This document shows positions 19,697 through 30,316 of a DNA stretch of 37,911 bases, in pieces. How positions within the stretch are numbered: the stretch's first letter is position 1; the number at the start of each line of letters is the position of its first letter. The notes under the pieces are model-generated. The model made no database searches, was not told the origin of the DNA, and was given only the letters and a program-made list of their open reading frames with translations. The stretch is taken from the IMG/VR virus record IMGVR_UViG_2740892042_000001, positions 1 to 37,911 of that record; one strand, 5' to 3'. The DNA comes from a virus. Taxonomy: Duplodnaviria > Heunggongvirae > Uroviricota > Caudoviricetes. Made by a program: the position numbers and the translations under genes.

Positions 19697-19802
19697 TTGT
19701 CATTACAAAAGCCACTCCCTACAGAGTGGCTTTGATAATGGCTTATACCCTACACGGGATAACTTAACTGATATCCCTTTTAACGGATAAACGGAGCCAA
19801 CA

Positions 19803-20045
19803 ATGGCAGAGATTATTCCCATGACTGAAGAACAGAAATTCCAGTTAGAGATTTACAAGCTGGTCATGAACCAGAACGCAGCTGCAGAGGAAGCATTTCA
19901 GTTCATTGGCACTGACGAACTGAAGCTTGAGCTATTCAAAATTCACTTCCAGTCAGGCGGCGCTAATTCGGATATCACGACCCGCACTATCGAAGCGGTG
20001 CGTAAATCGAAGGAAGCGTTAGACCTGTTCACTACCGGAGCATAA
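19803..20045 (+). CDS. Hypothetical protein (80 aa) upstream of terS
   Basis: Clean ORF with GGAG RBS; ends 2 nt before terS. Confidence 0.5.
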   Translation: MAEIIPMTEEQKFQLEIYKLVMNQNAAAEEAFQFIGTDELKLELFKIHFQSGGANSDITTRTIEAVRKSKEALDLFTTGA

Positions 20046-20047
20046 AC

Positions 20048-20488
20048 ATGGCGCGCCCAACAAAGTATCAAGAGGCGTATGCCGAACAGGCACGCAAACT
20101 GTGCTTGCTGGGCTACACCGATGCAGAACTTGCTGATTTCTTTGAAGTCAGTGAGTCAACTATTAACAAGTGGAAGCTTGATTATCCTAAGTTTTCGGAG
20201 TCCATAAAAAAGGGTAAGGCCGTCGCTGATGCAGAAGTTAGTGACCGTCTTTATCAACGCGCTATGGGCTTCGTGGCTCCAGACATCGATATTCGTGTTA
20301 TTGAAAACAGAATTGTCGAAACTCCGCTTGAGAAGTATTACCCGCCTGATACAACCGCTGCCATCTTCTGGCTTAAGAATCGACAGAAGGATAAATGGCG
20401 CGACAAGGTTGATCACGAGCTAACAGGCAAAGACGGCGGCGCAATCCAGATTGAAACATCACCGATGAGCACTCTATTCGGAAAATGA
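20048..20488 (+). CDS. terS: Terminase small subunit
   Basis: N-terminal HTH-like segment (..GYTDAELADFFEVSESTINKWK..); overlaps the start of the large subunit gene. Confidence 0.7.
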   Translation: MARPTKYQEAYAEQARKLCLLGYTDAELADFFEVSESTINKWKLDYPKFSESIKKGKAVADAEVSDRLYQRAMGFVAPDIDIRVIENRIVETPLEKYYPPDTTAAIFWLKNRQKDKWRDKVDHELTGKDGGAIQIETSPMSTLFGK

Positions 20489-21900
20489 CCTCGATTAATC
20501 CTATCTTTGAACCGTTCATTGAGGCGCATCGCTACAAAGTTGCCAAAGGCGGTCGAGGTAGCGGTAAGTCATGGGCAATTGCTAGGCTGCTTGTTGAAGC
20601 GGCGCGTCGGCAGCCTGTGCGTATTCTCTGCGCTCGTGAACTGCAAAACAGTATCAGCGATTCGGTAATCCGGTTGCTTGAAGACACCATAGAGCGGGAA
20701 GGGTATTCGGCCGAGTTTGAAATTCAGCGTTCCATGATTCGTCATCTCGGAACGAATGCTGAATTCATGTTCTACGGCATCAAAAACAACCCGACGAAGA
20801 TTAAATCGCTCGAAGGCATTGATATCTGCTGGGTGGAAGAAGCGGAAGCGGTAACGAAGGAATCGTGGGATATCCTGATACCAACCATCCGTAAGCCGTT
20901 CTCTGAAATATGGGTAAGCTTCAACCCGAAAAACATACTCGACGATACCTATCAGCGGTTCGTCGTAAATCCTCCTGATGATATTTGCCTGCTGACGGTG
21001 AACTACACCGACAACCCGCACTTTCCTGAAGTTCTCCGTCTGGAGATGGAAGAGTGCAAACGCAGAAATCCGACACTGTATCGTCACATCTGGCTTGGTG
21101 AGCCAGTAAGCGCAAGTGATATGGCAATCATCAAACGTGAATGGCTTGAAGCTGCAACCGATGCGCACAAGAAACTCGGATGGAAAGCGAAAGGCGCTGT
21201 TGTCTCTGCGCATGACCCATCAGATACAGGGCCAGATGCTAAAGGTTATGCATCGCGTCACGGTTCGGTAGTTAAGCGCATTGCCGAAGGTCTTCTGATG
21301 GACATCAACGAGGGTGCTGACTGGGCTACTTCGCTGGCGATTGAAGACGGCGCTGACCATTACCTGTGGGATAGTGATGGCGTCGGTGCGGGGCTACGCA
21401 GACAGACAACGGAAGCGTTCTCCGGCAAGAAAATCACCGCCACGATGTTCAAGGGCAGCGAATCGCCATTCGATGAAGATGCACCGTATCAGGCCGGAGC
21501 ATGGGCTGATGAAGTCGTACAGGGTGACAACGTTCGCACTATTGGCGATGTGTTCCGCAATAAGCGAGCGCAATTCTATTACGCACTGGCTGACAGGCTG
21601 TATCTGACATATCGGGCGGTTGTCCATGGGGAGTATGCAGATCCTGACGACATGCTGAGTTTCGACAAAGAAGCGATAGGCGAGAAGATGCTGGAGAAGC
21701 TGTTTGCAGAACTGACGCAGATTCAGCGCAAATTCAATAACAACGGGAAGCTGGAGCTTATGACTAAGGTCGAAATGAAGCAGAAGCTCGGTATTCCATC
21801 TCCTAACCTGGCTGATGCGCTGATGATGTGTATGCATTGCCCGGATTCGGCTGCGCAAACCGACTATTCCAGTTACTCAATTCCTTGTGGTGTAGGTTGA
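20485..21900 (+). CDS. terL: Terminase large subunit (ATPase plus nuclease)
   Basis: Walker A KGGRGSGKS, Walker B-like IDICWVEEAE, C-terminal nuclease-type acidic residues. Confidence 0.9.
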   Translation: MTSINPIFEPFIEAHRYKVAKGGRGSGKSWAIARLLVEAARRQPVRILCARELQNSISDSVIRLLEDTIEREGYSAEFEIQRSMIRHLGTNAEFMFYGIKNNPTKIKSLEGIDICWVEEAEAVTKESWDILIPTIRKPFSEIWVSFNPKNILDDTYQRFVVNPPDDICLLTVNYTDNPHFPEVLRLEMEECKRRNPTLYRHIWLGEPVSASDMAIIKREWLEAATDAHKKLGWKAKGAVVSAHDPSDTGPDAKGYASRHGSVVKRIAEGLLMDINEGADWATSLAIEDGADHYLWDSDGVGAGLRRQTTEAFSGKKITATMFKGSESPFDEDAPYQAGAWADEVVQGDNVRTIGDVFRNKRAQFYYALADRLYLTYRAVVHGEYADPDDMLSFDKEAIGEKMLEKLFAELTQIQRKFNNNGKLELMTKVEMKQKLGIPSPNLADALMMCMHCPDSAAQTDYSSYSIPCGVG

Positions 21901-21901
21901 T

Positions 21902-24100
21902 ATGGCAGAAAAAAAGATGACTGACTGGCATCGCAAGGTGCTGTGCAACTTTGATAATGCTTGGTCAGCAACGCAGGATATGCGTGAGCAGATTATTGAG
22001 GCTCAACGTTTCGTACGGGTGTCCGGCGCACAGTGGGAAGGCAGCACAAACGCTGGTTACTCATTTGATGAGGGCAGGTTTGAGCATTACCCGCGCTTTG
22101 AGCTGAATAAGATCGCCCGTGAATGTGATCGCATCATTGGTGAGTATCGACAGAATCGCATCAGCGTTAAATTCAGGCCGAAGGACGACAAGGCATCGGA
22201 AGCGTTAGCCGAAAAGATGAACGGCAAATTCCGCGCTGACTATCAGGAAACATCCGGTGGCGAAGCGTGTGATAACGCATTTGATGATGCCGTAACTGGC
22301 GGATTCGGTTGTTTCCGCATGTGTGCCGATTACGAAGATGAAATGGATCCGAGTAACGAACAGCGCCGTATAAGCCTTCTCCCGGTTTACGACCCAGCGA
22401 CATGCGTCTTCTTCGATCAGGACAGCAAGCAATATGACCGCTCTGATGCTATGTGGGCTATGGAAATGTTCTCCATGACACCTAAAGCGTTCGAGGCTGA
22501 ATACCCTGATTCCATCGCGGCAAGCCTTTCTCGTGATGACACTGGCACTCAATATGACTGGTCAACGCCTGATGCCATCTATGTTGGACGCTACTACGAA
22601 GTTCGCATAGAGAAGGTGAAGCTCTCAGCATGGCGCAACCCTGTTAGCGGAGAAACGGCAATCTATGATGAAGATCAAATCAAAGATATTGTCGACGAGC
22701 TAACCGATGGTTCATTCGAACTGATCGGTGAGCGGACAGTGAAGAAACGCCGCGTTTATTGCGGTCTTCTGTCTGGCGCTGAATGGCTGGAAGAACCGAA
22801 GCGTATTCCGGGCGAACATATTCCACTCATCCCGGTATATGGGCGTCGCTCATTTGTTGATAATCAGGAGCGAATCGAAGGCCACGCAGCAAAAGCGATG
22901 GATGCACAGCGTCTTGAGAACCTGATGGTTTCCATGATTGCAGATAACGCTACTCAGGCTGGCGGTGATGGAATTCCTGTAGTTGATGTTGACATGATTC
23001 CTGGTCCTCTCGCCACTCATTGGGCGGAGCGCAACAAAAAGCGCCCGGCGTTCCTGCCGATGGTAAGTCTGAAAAACAAAAACGGAGATATTACTGCGCA
23101 GGCTCAGGTCAGCAGTTATACACCTCCGACACAAATGCCTCCTGCTCTTGCCGGGCTATTGCAGTACACCGGAACGGCTATTCAGCAAATTACAGGCGCG
23201 TCGCAGCTTGAGAACATGCCGAGCAACGTTGCTACCGATACCGTTGATAGCATCTTTAACCGGATGGATACGCAGTCCTATATCTACATGGACAACATGG
23301 CTAAATCCATGCGTCGCGCTGGCGTTGTGTGGCTTTCTATGGCTCGTGAAGTCTATGGCAGCGATACGCCGATGCGTATCGTTAATGAGGACGGCAGCGA
23401 TGACGTGGCGCTGATGACTGGTGAAGTGGTTGACCGTCAGACAGGGCAGGTTATCGCGCTTAACGACCTTTCGCAGGGTAACTATGAAGTGACTGTCGAT
23501 GTCGGTCAGTCGTTCGCTACTCGCCGTGATGCAACGGTTAAGTCGTTACTTTCCATGCTGGCACTTATCCCACCAGGAACGCCGAAGCACGACCTTGTAT
23601 CGTCGATGATTCTCGACAATATGGACGGCGAAGGGATGGATGACCTTAAAGAATACAACCGCAATCAGTTGCTTCTGTCTGGAGTTATCAAGCCGAGAAC
23701 GCCAGAAGAGCAGCAGATGGTTGAGCAGGCGAAACAACAACAGGCCAGTCAGCCAGATCCGGCTATGGTTGCAGCGCAAGGTCAGCTTCTTGCTGGTCAG
23801 GCTGAATTGCAGAAAGCGCAGAACGAACAGGCAGCCATTCAGGTTAAAGCATTCCAGGCACAGACTGATGCTCAGGTTGCTGCGGCAAATGTTGTGAAAA
23901 TCCTCGCATCTGCCGATAGTCAGCAGAAATCTGATATCCGCGAGGCTCTGAAACTGCTCGGACAGTTCCAGCAACAGCAAGGAGACAATGCCCGTGCTGA
24001 TGCAGAGCTTGTCCTGAAAAGTCAGGCACAGGGTCATGCGCAGCGCATGGACATCAGCAGCATCCTACAAAAATCAACTCAGCAACAACCACAGCAGTAA
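21902..24100 (+). CDS. Portal protein (P22 gp1-like, Q-rich C-terminal barrel)
   Basis: 732 aa directly after terL; long C-terminal Gln/Ala-rich helical tail as in P22-like portals. Confidence 0.85.
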   Translation: MAEKKMTDWHRKVLCNFDNAWSATQDMREQIIEAQRFVRVSGAQWEGSTNAGYSFDEGRFEHYPRFELNKIARECDRIIGEYRQNRISVKFRPKDDKASEALAEKMNGKFRADYQETSGGEACDNAFDDAVTGGFGCFRMCADYEDEMDPSNEQRRISLLPVYDPATCVFFDQDSKQYDRSDAMWAMEMFSMTPKAFEAEYPDSIAASLSRDDTGTQYDWSTPDAIYVGRYYEVRIEKVKLSAWRNPVSGETAIYDEDQIKDIVDELTDGSFELIGERTVKKRRVYCGLLSGAEWLEEPKRIPGEHIPLIPVYGRRSFVDNQERIEGHAAKAMDAQRLENLMVSMIADNATQAGGDGIPVVDVDMIPGPLATHWAERNKKRPAFLPMVSLKNKNGDITAQAQVSSYTPPTQMPPALAGLLQYTGTAIQQITGASQLENMPSNVATDTVDSIFNRMDTQSYIYMDNMAKSMRRAGVVWLSMAREVYGSDTPMRIVNEDGSDDVALMTGEVVDRQTGQVIALNDLSQGNYEVTVDVGQSFATRRDATVKSLLSMLALIPPGTPKHDLVSSMILDNMDGEGMDDLKEYNRNQLLLSGVIKPRTPEEQQMVEQAKQQQASQPDPAMVAAQGQLLAGQAELQKAQNEQAAIQVKAFQAQTDAQVAAANVVKILASADSQQKSDIREALKLLGQFQQQQGDNARADAELVLKSQAQGHAQRMDISSILQKSTQQQPQQ

Positions 24101-24190
24101 TTAACCCATAACGTGCAATGGCTGTCTTTATGAGGCCTGGCACCCTATTGCCTTCCGATGGGCTGAACATCGAGTAAACAGGGGTAACAA

Positions 24191-25084
24191 ATGGACCAGA
24201 TGGCAGAAAACACACCAGAAGTTGAAATAGAAACCGATGCGTCAGAGCAGATTCCTGATGATGTCGAACTGGCTGAAGAAGTCGAAACAGAAGATGGCAG
24301 TGAGTCCTCCGGCAATGATGCAGAGGAAGCTACTGAAACTGATGACGGCGAATCAGAACAGGAATTCTACTTTGGTGACGAAAAGCTGGATTCGCCAACC
24401 AGCGAAGATGGCGCAGAGCATGGACTGGTAAAACACTTGCGCAAGACGATTAAAGAGAAAGACCGTGAGCTGAAAGAGCTGATGCGTCAGTCTCAGAAAC
24501 CCGTCGAGCAGCAGCCGGTAATCACTCAACCACCGCGAATGCCAAAACTGGATGATGAGGACATCGGTTTCGATGAAGAAATCTACCAGCAACGCATGGC
24601 TAAGTGGGCAGAGGATAACGGCAAGTACCAGCAACAGGAGATGGCTCGCAAGCAGAAGGAGCAGGAACTTCAGGCTGCCTATCAAGAGCGATTATCCAAA
24701 TATCAGCAACGTGTTAAGGCTCTCAAAGTTCCTGGCTATCAGGAAGCTGAGCAGGCCGTACTCGAGGAAATTCCCATCGAGACACAAAACGCGATCCTGT
24801 TTGAGTCAGAGAAGCCGGAAATCGTTGTTCTGGCGCTCGGTCGCAACGCTGAACTGCGCAAGCAACTGGCAGAAGCTACCAACCCCGTAGCAATTGGTCG
24901 TCTGCTGGAACGTATCGAATCGAAGGCCAGAATCATGCCAAAAGCAAAAACCACGGCAGCCACAACCCCGACAGTTAAGGGGAGCAACGGCGCAGTAATC
25001 AACAACCTCGACAAATTGAAAGCCAGGGCGCTGGAAACTGGTGACTGGACGCCGTATTTCGCCGCTAAAAAGGCAAAAAAATAA
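24191..25084 (+). CDS. Scaffolding protein
   Basis: Acidic N-terminus, charged helical body, basic C-terminal end; position between portal and coat. Confidence 0.7.
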   Translation: MDQMAENTPEVEIETDASEQIPDDVELAEEVETEDGSESSGNDAEEATETDDGESEQEFYFGDEKLDSPTSEDGAEHGLVKHLRKTIKEKDRELKELMRQSQKPVEQQPVITQPPRMPKLDDEDIGFDEEIYQQRMAKWAEDNGKYQQQEMARKQKEQELQAAYQERLSKYQQRVKALKVPGYQEAEQAVLEEIPIETQNAILFESEKPEIVVLALGRNAELRKQLAEATNPVAIGRLLERIESKARIMPKAKTTAATTPTVKGSNGAVINNLDKLKARALETGDWTPYFAAKKAKK

Positions 25085-25102
25085 CCTATCGGAGCATTAA
25101 GC

Positions 25103-26356
25103 ATGGCTAACCAATTAGCAAAAGACCTTGAAATCATGTTCGAAAACTACGTTGAAGGCTTTGAGGCCGCCTGCGTAGTTTCCCGTAACGCTAAAAAATT
25201 CCGTCCCGGTGATACAGCAATGCAGCGAGCAGGTGATGTTCTGTATCGTCCGCAGCATTACCACATGAACATTGAGGAAGGCCTCGATCTCAGCAGCAAA
25301 ACGCCTACAGCACTGGTTCAGCGCCTTGTTCCTTCTGTGTTCAAGGAGCCGAAAAACATTCTGTACACTCTGGATGCGCGTGAAATGCGTGACCCTGAGC
25401 ATAAAACTGAAGCTGGTCGCGCCGCAGGTATGCGCCTTGCTGCACAGATTGACTCTGACCTGATTTCCATGGTTACGCAGCGTGCTACTAACGTGATCAC
25501 AATGTCTGACTCAACCACAGGTACACAGGGCCGTGATTTGTGGAACTGTGCGGCAGGTATTGATGCCACCATGACGGCGATTGGTGTACCGCAGGGTATC
25601 AACCGTCGCTCTTTCTGGAACCCCTTCAACTACAAAGACCTTGCTGGCGAGCTTGGTCACCGTGCCTACGCTCAGGGCGCAACCCTGACAGCATACGAAA
25701 AAGCGCAGATCCCTCCGGTTGCTTCCTTTGATAGCTACAAGACCGATATTTCTGGTCGATTACCGAAAGGAAGCGCTGAATCCTTGACAGTATCAGGCCA
25801 ACCTGAACACAAGGTTGAAGCGAAAGATTCAAATGGTATGCCAGTTGATAACCGACAGGGGACTATTACGGTATCTGCATCTGGCTTGCAGGTTGGTGAT
25901 GCGTTCACCATTGCCGGTGTGAATTCCGTACACCAGATCACAAAAGATACCACCGGGCAACCGCAGGTATTCCGTGTTCTGGCTGTTAGCGGAACTACCG
26001 TAACAATCTCTCCAAAGATTCTCCCTGTTGAAAATACCGATGTTGCGAGTCGTCCATATGCAAACGTCGATGCCAAACCGGCAGAATCAGCAGCAATCAC
26101 CATTCTCAACAAGAACGCAGCACCTGCTAACCTGTTCTGGGCTGATGGTTCTGTTGAGCTGATGTACGGCAAACTAGCGTTCCCGACTGGTCAGGGTCCA
26201 CAGGTAATGACAGCAACCACCGAGCAGGGCGCTACGCTGATCATGTCTTACGCCTTCGACCACATCAAAGGCGTAACCACTGCTCGTTTCACCACTCTGT
26301 ACGGTTGCTCTGTACTTGTTCCTGAATATACGGGCATCGTTATAGCTGGGCAGTAA
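25103..26356 (+). CDS. Major capsid (coat) protein, P22-like
   Basis: 417 aa after scaffold; C-terminal pattern (..NLFWADGSVELMYG..) parallels P22 coat. Confidence 0.8.
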   Translation: MANQLAKDLEIMFENYVEGFEAACVVSRNAKKFRPGDTAMQRAGDVLYRPQHYHMNIEEGLDLSSKTPTALVQRLVPSVFKEPKNILYTLDAREMRDPEHKTEAGRAAGMRLAAQIDSDLISMVTQRATNVITMSDSTTGTQGRDLWNCAAGIDATMTAIGVPQGINRRSFWNPFNYKDLAGELGHRAYAQGATLTAYEKAQIPPVASFDSYKTDISGRLPKGSAESLTVSGQPEHKVEAKDSNGMPVDNRQGTITVSASGLQVGDAFTIAGVNSVHQITKDTTGQPQVFRVLAVSGTTVTISPKILPVENTDVASRPYANVDAKPAESAAITILNKNAAPANLFWADGSVELMYGKLAFPTGQGPQVMTATTEQGATLIMSYAFDHIKGVTTARFTTLYGCSVLVPEYTGIVIAGQ

Positions 26357-26397
26357 TTTTGGTGGGGCTTCGGCCCCATTTTTATTGGGAGAAGACA

Positions 26398-26586
26398 ATG
26401 GCACGAACAATGCTCTATAAGCCGGGCAACATGATCACCTGTGGTCAGTTTGCTGTCGATTACATCATTGTTGATGACGAAGAAGTTAAATCTCACCTGA
26501 AAAAAGGCTGGGTAAAAACTCCTGAAGAAACCGCAACGAAGCAAAAAGTGGCTAAGGCGGAAGAAGATGGCGAAAACGAAGGGTGA
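26398..26586 (+). CDS. Small hypothetical protein (62 aa)
   Basis: GGGAGAAGA RBS before ATG 26398; between coat and gp4-like gene. Confidence 0.4.
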   Translation: MARTMLYKPGNMITCGQFAVDYIIVDDEEVKSHLKKGWVKTPEETATKQKVAKAEEDGENEG

Positions 26587-27028
26587 TCTCGTTCTTAAGG
26601 CTTTACGAAAAGCCGGGCTGTATTCCAATGCCACGTTGACAGATGCCGACCCTCAGGAAATTGAAGATGCCATTAATGACCTCGAAGACATGATGGCAGC
26701 ATGGCAGGCGAAAGGTATCGAGCTTGGATATCAGTTTGCGGATACAGAAAACGGCATCATGCCGTTACCTGACGATGATTCAGGTATCCCTGCATGGGCA
26801 AATGATGGCGTCGCTTTGAAACTCGCTGTGCAAGTGTGCATGGATAACGTCATTCAGCCGTCAGATGCTCTCCTTACCGCTGCTGACAGCGCATACCAGA
26901 CAATCTGTATCGCTTTAACCAAAATACCACCACTTGAGCGGCGAAATGACATGCCTCGCGGTAGTGGTAACAAAAGCGCGTTTACGTGGAATCGGTTTTA
27001 CATCGAGAAAGATGATCCGAGTACGTGA
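26567..27028 (+). CDS. Head completion / tail accessory factor (P22 gp4-like)
   Basis: ..KTKGDLV..ALRK.G..S.ATLTD..PQ...DA..DLE.MMA.W.. parallels P22 gp4. Confidence 0.7.
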   Translation: MAKTKGDLVLKALRKAGLYSNATLTDADPQEIEDAINDLEDMMAAWQAKGIELGYQFADTENGIMPLPDDDSGIPAWANDGVALKLAVQVCMDNVIQPSDALLTAADSAYQTICIALTKIPPLERRNDMPRGSGNKSAFTWNRFYIEKDDPST

Positions 27029-27037
27029 GGTGAATAA

Positions 27038-28456
27038 ATGCCGATTCAGCAACTTCCGCTTATGAAAGGTGTCGGCAAAGACTTTAGAAACGCCGACTAT
27101 ATCGACTATCTGCCAGTGAATATGCTGGCTACACCCAAAGAAATCCTGAACAGCAGCGGATATCTTCGCTCATTCCCGGGCATTGCCAAACGTTCTGATG
27201 TGAATGGTGTATCGCGCGGTGTCGAGTACAACATGGCGCAGAGTGCTGTTTATCGTGTGTGTGGTGGCAAGTTGTATAAGGGCGAAAGCGAAGTCGGTGA
27301 CGTCGCCGGAAGTGGTCGCGTATCAATGGCGCATGGTCGAACATCTCAGGCTGTAGGAGTTAATGGTCAACTGGTCGAGTATCGTTATGATGGCACGGTT
27401 AAAACCGTCTCAAACTGGCCTACAGACAGCGGATTCACGCAGTATGAGTTAGGCTCAGTCCGCGATATTACGCGCTTACGTGGGCGTTATGCGTGGTCAA
27501 AAGACGGTACTGATTCATGGTTCATCACTGACCTTGAAGACGAATCACATCCTGACCGATACAGCGCACAATATCGTGCCGAGTCTCAGCCTGACGGCAT
27601 CATCGGCATCGGAACATGGCGAGACTTCATCGTCTGCTTTGGTTCATCGACGATTGAATATTTCTCCCTGACTGGTGCAACCACCGTTGGTGCTGCTTTG
27701 TATGTCGCACAGCCATCACTGATGGTGCAGAAAGGCATTGCCGGGACTTACTGCAAAACGCCGTTTGCTGATTCCTATGCGTTCATCAGCAATCCGGCAA
27801 CAGGTGCGCCGTCTGTGTATATCATCGGCTCCGGTCAGGTGTCACCAATCGCCAGCGCGAGCATTGAGAAAATCCTCCGCTCCTACACTGCTGATGAACT
27901 GGCTGATGGTGTGATGGAATCGCTGCGGTTTGATGCTCATGAGTTGCTGATTATTCACCTGCCGCGCCATGTTCTTGTTTACGACGCATCTTCAAGTGCC
28001 AATGGTCCGCAATGGTGTGTGCTGAAAACAGGCCTGTATGACGATGTGTACCGCGCTATCGACTTCATTTACGAAGGCAATCAGATAACGTGCGGCGATA
28101 AGCTAGAGTCCGTGACCGGGAAATTGCAGTTCGATATCAGCAGCCAGTACGACAAGCAGCAGGAACACCTGCTGTTTACTCCACTGTTCAAAGCGGATAA
28201 CGCCAGATGCTTCGATCTGGAGGTGGAATCATCCACTGGCGTAGCTCAGTACGCTGACCGCCTGTTCCTCTCTGCAACCACTGACGGCATAAATTACGGT
28301 CGTGAGCAGATGATTGAGCAGAATGAACCGTTCGTTTACGACAAACGCGTTTTGTGGAAGAAAGTAGGGCGCATCAGGAAAAACATTGGCTTCAAATTGC
28401 GCGTTATCACTAAGTCACCTGTCACTCTGTCTGGCTGCCAGATAAGGATTGAGTAA
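27038..28456 (+). CDS. Tail accessory factor (P22 gp10-like)
   Basis: 472 aa, same length and position as P22 gp10. Confidence 0.7.
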   Translation: MPIQQLPLMKGVGKDFRNADYIDYLPVNMLATPKEILNSSGYLRSFPGIAKRSDVNGVSRGVEYNMAQSAVYRVCGGKLYKGESEVGDVAGSGRVSMAHGRTSQAVGVNGQLVEYRYDGTVKTVSNWPTDSGFTQYELGSVRDITRLRGRYAWSKDGTDSWFITDLEDESHPDRYSAQYRAESQPDGIIGIGTWRDFIVCFGSSTIEYFSLTGATTVGAALYVAQPSLMVQKGIAGTYCKTPFADSYAFISNPATGAPSVYIIGSGQVSPIASASIEKILRSYTADELADGVMESLRFDAHELLIIHLPRHVLVYDASSSANGPQWCVLKTGLYDDVYRAIDFIYEGNQITCGDKLESVTGKLQFDISSQYDKQQEHLLFTPLFKADNARCFDLEVESSTGVAQYADRLFLSATTDGINYGREQMIEQNEPFVYDKRVLWKKVGRIRKNIGFKLRVITKSPVTLSGCQIRIE

Positions 28457-29157
28457 TGGCGGATTCATCACTGAATAATCCTGTCGCGGTTCAGGCTACG
28501 CGCCTTGATGCTTCAATTTTGCCACGCAATATATTCAGCCAGTCTTACCTGCTGTATGTCATAAATCAGGGTGCTGATGTTGGCGCAATTGCCGGGAAGG
28601 CAAATCAGGCTGGTCAGGGCGCCTATGATGCCCAGGTAAAAAACGATGAGCAGGATGTCGAACTGGCTGACCACGATGCAAGAATCTCCGCAAACACAAA
28701 AGCGATAAATCTCCTTGAGGTCAGGTTAACAACTGCCGAAGGGAAGATAGTCGTACTGCGTAGCGATGTTGATTACTTGCTGGATGAGGTTATCGATATT
28801 CAGGCGCATCTGGTCACTGTTGACCAAAGACTGGATGGCGTAGAAAGCGATGTATCTGACATTAAGAGTGATTACGTATCGAAAACCGTAACCAAATTGC
28901 AGTCTCTTGCGTCACCGCTGGATGTAAAAACATCATATTCAGTTGATGGAATTCAGGTTGTTGGAGCAAGAAATACCGGATGGACTGCAGCCACAGGTAC
29001 GCCACTTCTTGGCTCATTCAACGCTAACCAGTCATACACGGTCGGCACTACGTACACACAATCCGAAGTCGCAGCTCTCGCTACAGGTTTGCAGCAGGCG
29101 CGGCAGCGTATTCTGGCGCTTGAAACAGCACTTAGATTACATGGGCTGATTGACTGA
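28456..29157 (+). CDS. Tail needle protein (P22 gp26-like trimeric coiled coil)
   Basis: N-terminus [36 protein letters not shown].. matches P22 gp26; heptad-repeat body; C-terminus ..[13 protein letters not shown]. Confidence 0.8.
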   Translation: MADSSLNNPVAVQATRLDASILPRNIFSQSYLLYVINQGADVGAIAGKANQAGQGAYDAQVKNDEQDVELADHDARISANTKAINLLEVRLTTAEGKIVVLRSDVDYLLDEVIDIQAHLVTVDQRLDGVESDVSDIKSDYVSKTVTKLQSLASPLDVKTSYSVDGIQVVGARNTGWTAATGTPLLGSFNANQSYTVGTTYTQSEVAALATGLQQARQRILALETALRLHGLID

Positions 29158-29612
29158 TGATTACATTCAAACCAACGCGAAACATCGACCTGATCGAAGC
29201 AGTCGGAAATCACCCTGACATTATCGCTGGTAGCAACAACGGTGATGGATACGACTACAAGCCTGAATGCCGTTACTTTGAGGTGAACGTGCACGGGCAG
29301 TTCGGCGGCATTGTTTACTATCAGGAGATTCAGCCGCTGACATTCGATTGCCACGCCATGTACCTGCCAGAGGTTCGTGGATTCAGCAAGGAAATCGGGC
29401 TGGCGTTCTGGCGATACATTCTGACTAACACCACCGTTCAGTGCGTCACATCGTTCGCTGCACGCAAATTCCGCCACGGGCAGATGTACTGCGCAATGAT
29501 TGGCCTTAAGCGTGTAGGAACCATCAAGAAATACTTCAAAGGCGTGGATGACGTGACGTTTTACAGCGCCACACGCGAAGAACTAATCGACTTCCTGAAT
29601 CACGGGAGATAG
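29157..29612 (+). CDS. Head assembly protein (P22 gp14-like)
   Basis: Position and size after tail needle; ATGA overlap with upstream gene. Confidence 0.55.
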   Translation: MITFKPTRNIDLIEAVGNHPDIIAGSNNGDGYDYKPECRYFEVNVHGQFGGIVYYQEIQPLTFDCHAMYLPEVRGFSKEIGLAFWRYILTNTTVQCVTSFAARKFRHGQMYCAMIGLKRVGTIKKYFKGVDDVTFYSATREELIDFLNHGR

Positions 29613-29614
29613 CC

Positions 29615-30307
29615 ATGTTATATGCATTTAAGCTGGGCAGAAAACTGCGCGGCGAGGAACCTTATTGCCCTGAAAAAGGCGGAAAAGGTGGCAGCTCTGA
29701 TAAAAGCGCAAAGTATGCCGCAGAAGCTCAGAAGTATGCAGCAGACCTGCAAAATCAGCAGTTCAACACCATCATGAACAACCTGAAACCGTTTACTCCT
29801 CTGGCTGGGAAGTATGTCGGCAGCCTTGAGAACTTATCGTCTCTGGAGGGGCAAGGTCAGGCACTTAACCAGTATTACAACTCTCAGCAGTACAAAGACC
29901 TTGCAAGTCAGGCTCGCTATCAGAGTCTGGCGGCAGCGGAAGCAACAGGTGGATTGGGTTCCACTGCAACCGGTAATCAGTTAGCAACAATCGCACCAAC
30001 GCTTGGTCAGCAATGGCTATCTGGTCAGATGAACAACTACCAGAATCTGGCAAATATTGGTCTTGGCGCACTGCAAGGTCAGGCAAACGCCGGGCAGACA
30101 TATGCCAACAACATGAGTCAGATTTCGCAGCAAAGTGCGGCTCTTGCAGCGGCAAATGCCAACAGACCATCAGCAATGCAATCTGCTATTGGCGGAGGTG
30201 CGTCTGGTGCTATTGCTGGGGCTGGACTTGCGAAATTAATCGGTTCATCAACTCCGTGGGGGGCTGCGATCGGCGGCGGTCTTGGTCTGCTTGGCTCGTT
30301 GTTTTAA
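29615..30307 (+). CDS. Ejection protein (P22 gp7-like)
   Basis: 230 aa, Gln/Ala/Gly-rich with C-terminal hydrophobic glycine zipper; position. Confidence 0.65.
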   Translation: MLYAFKLGRKLRGEEPYCPEKGGKGGSSDKSAKYAAEAQKYAADLQNQQFNTIMNNLKPFTPLAGKYVGSLENLSSLEGQGQALNQYYNSQQYKDLASQARYQSLAAAEATGGLGSTATGNQLATIAPTLGQQWLSGQMNNYQNLANIGLGALQGQANAGQTYANNMSQISQQSAALAAANANRPSAMQSAIGGGASGAIAGAGLAKLIGSSTPWGAAIGGGLGLLGSLF

Positions 30308-30316
30308 GGGGTAATC

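Noticed and set aside
20569-21213. 214-aa minus-strand ORF
   Set aside because: Antisense to the terminase large subunit gene, which has clear ATPase motifs; no independent support.
23546-24037. 163-aa minus-strand ORF
   Set aside because: Antisense to the Q-rich C-terminal part of the portal gene; the repetitive sequence creates long open frames on both strands.
24353-25137. Minus-strand ORFs of 110 and 132 aa
   Set aside because: Antisense to the scaffold and coat genes; low-complexity translations.
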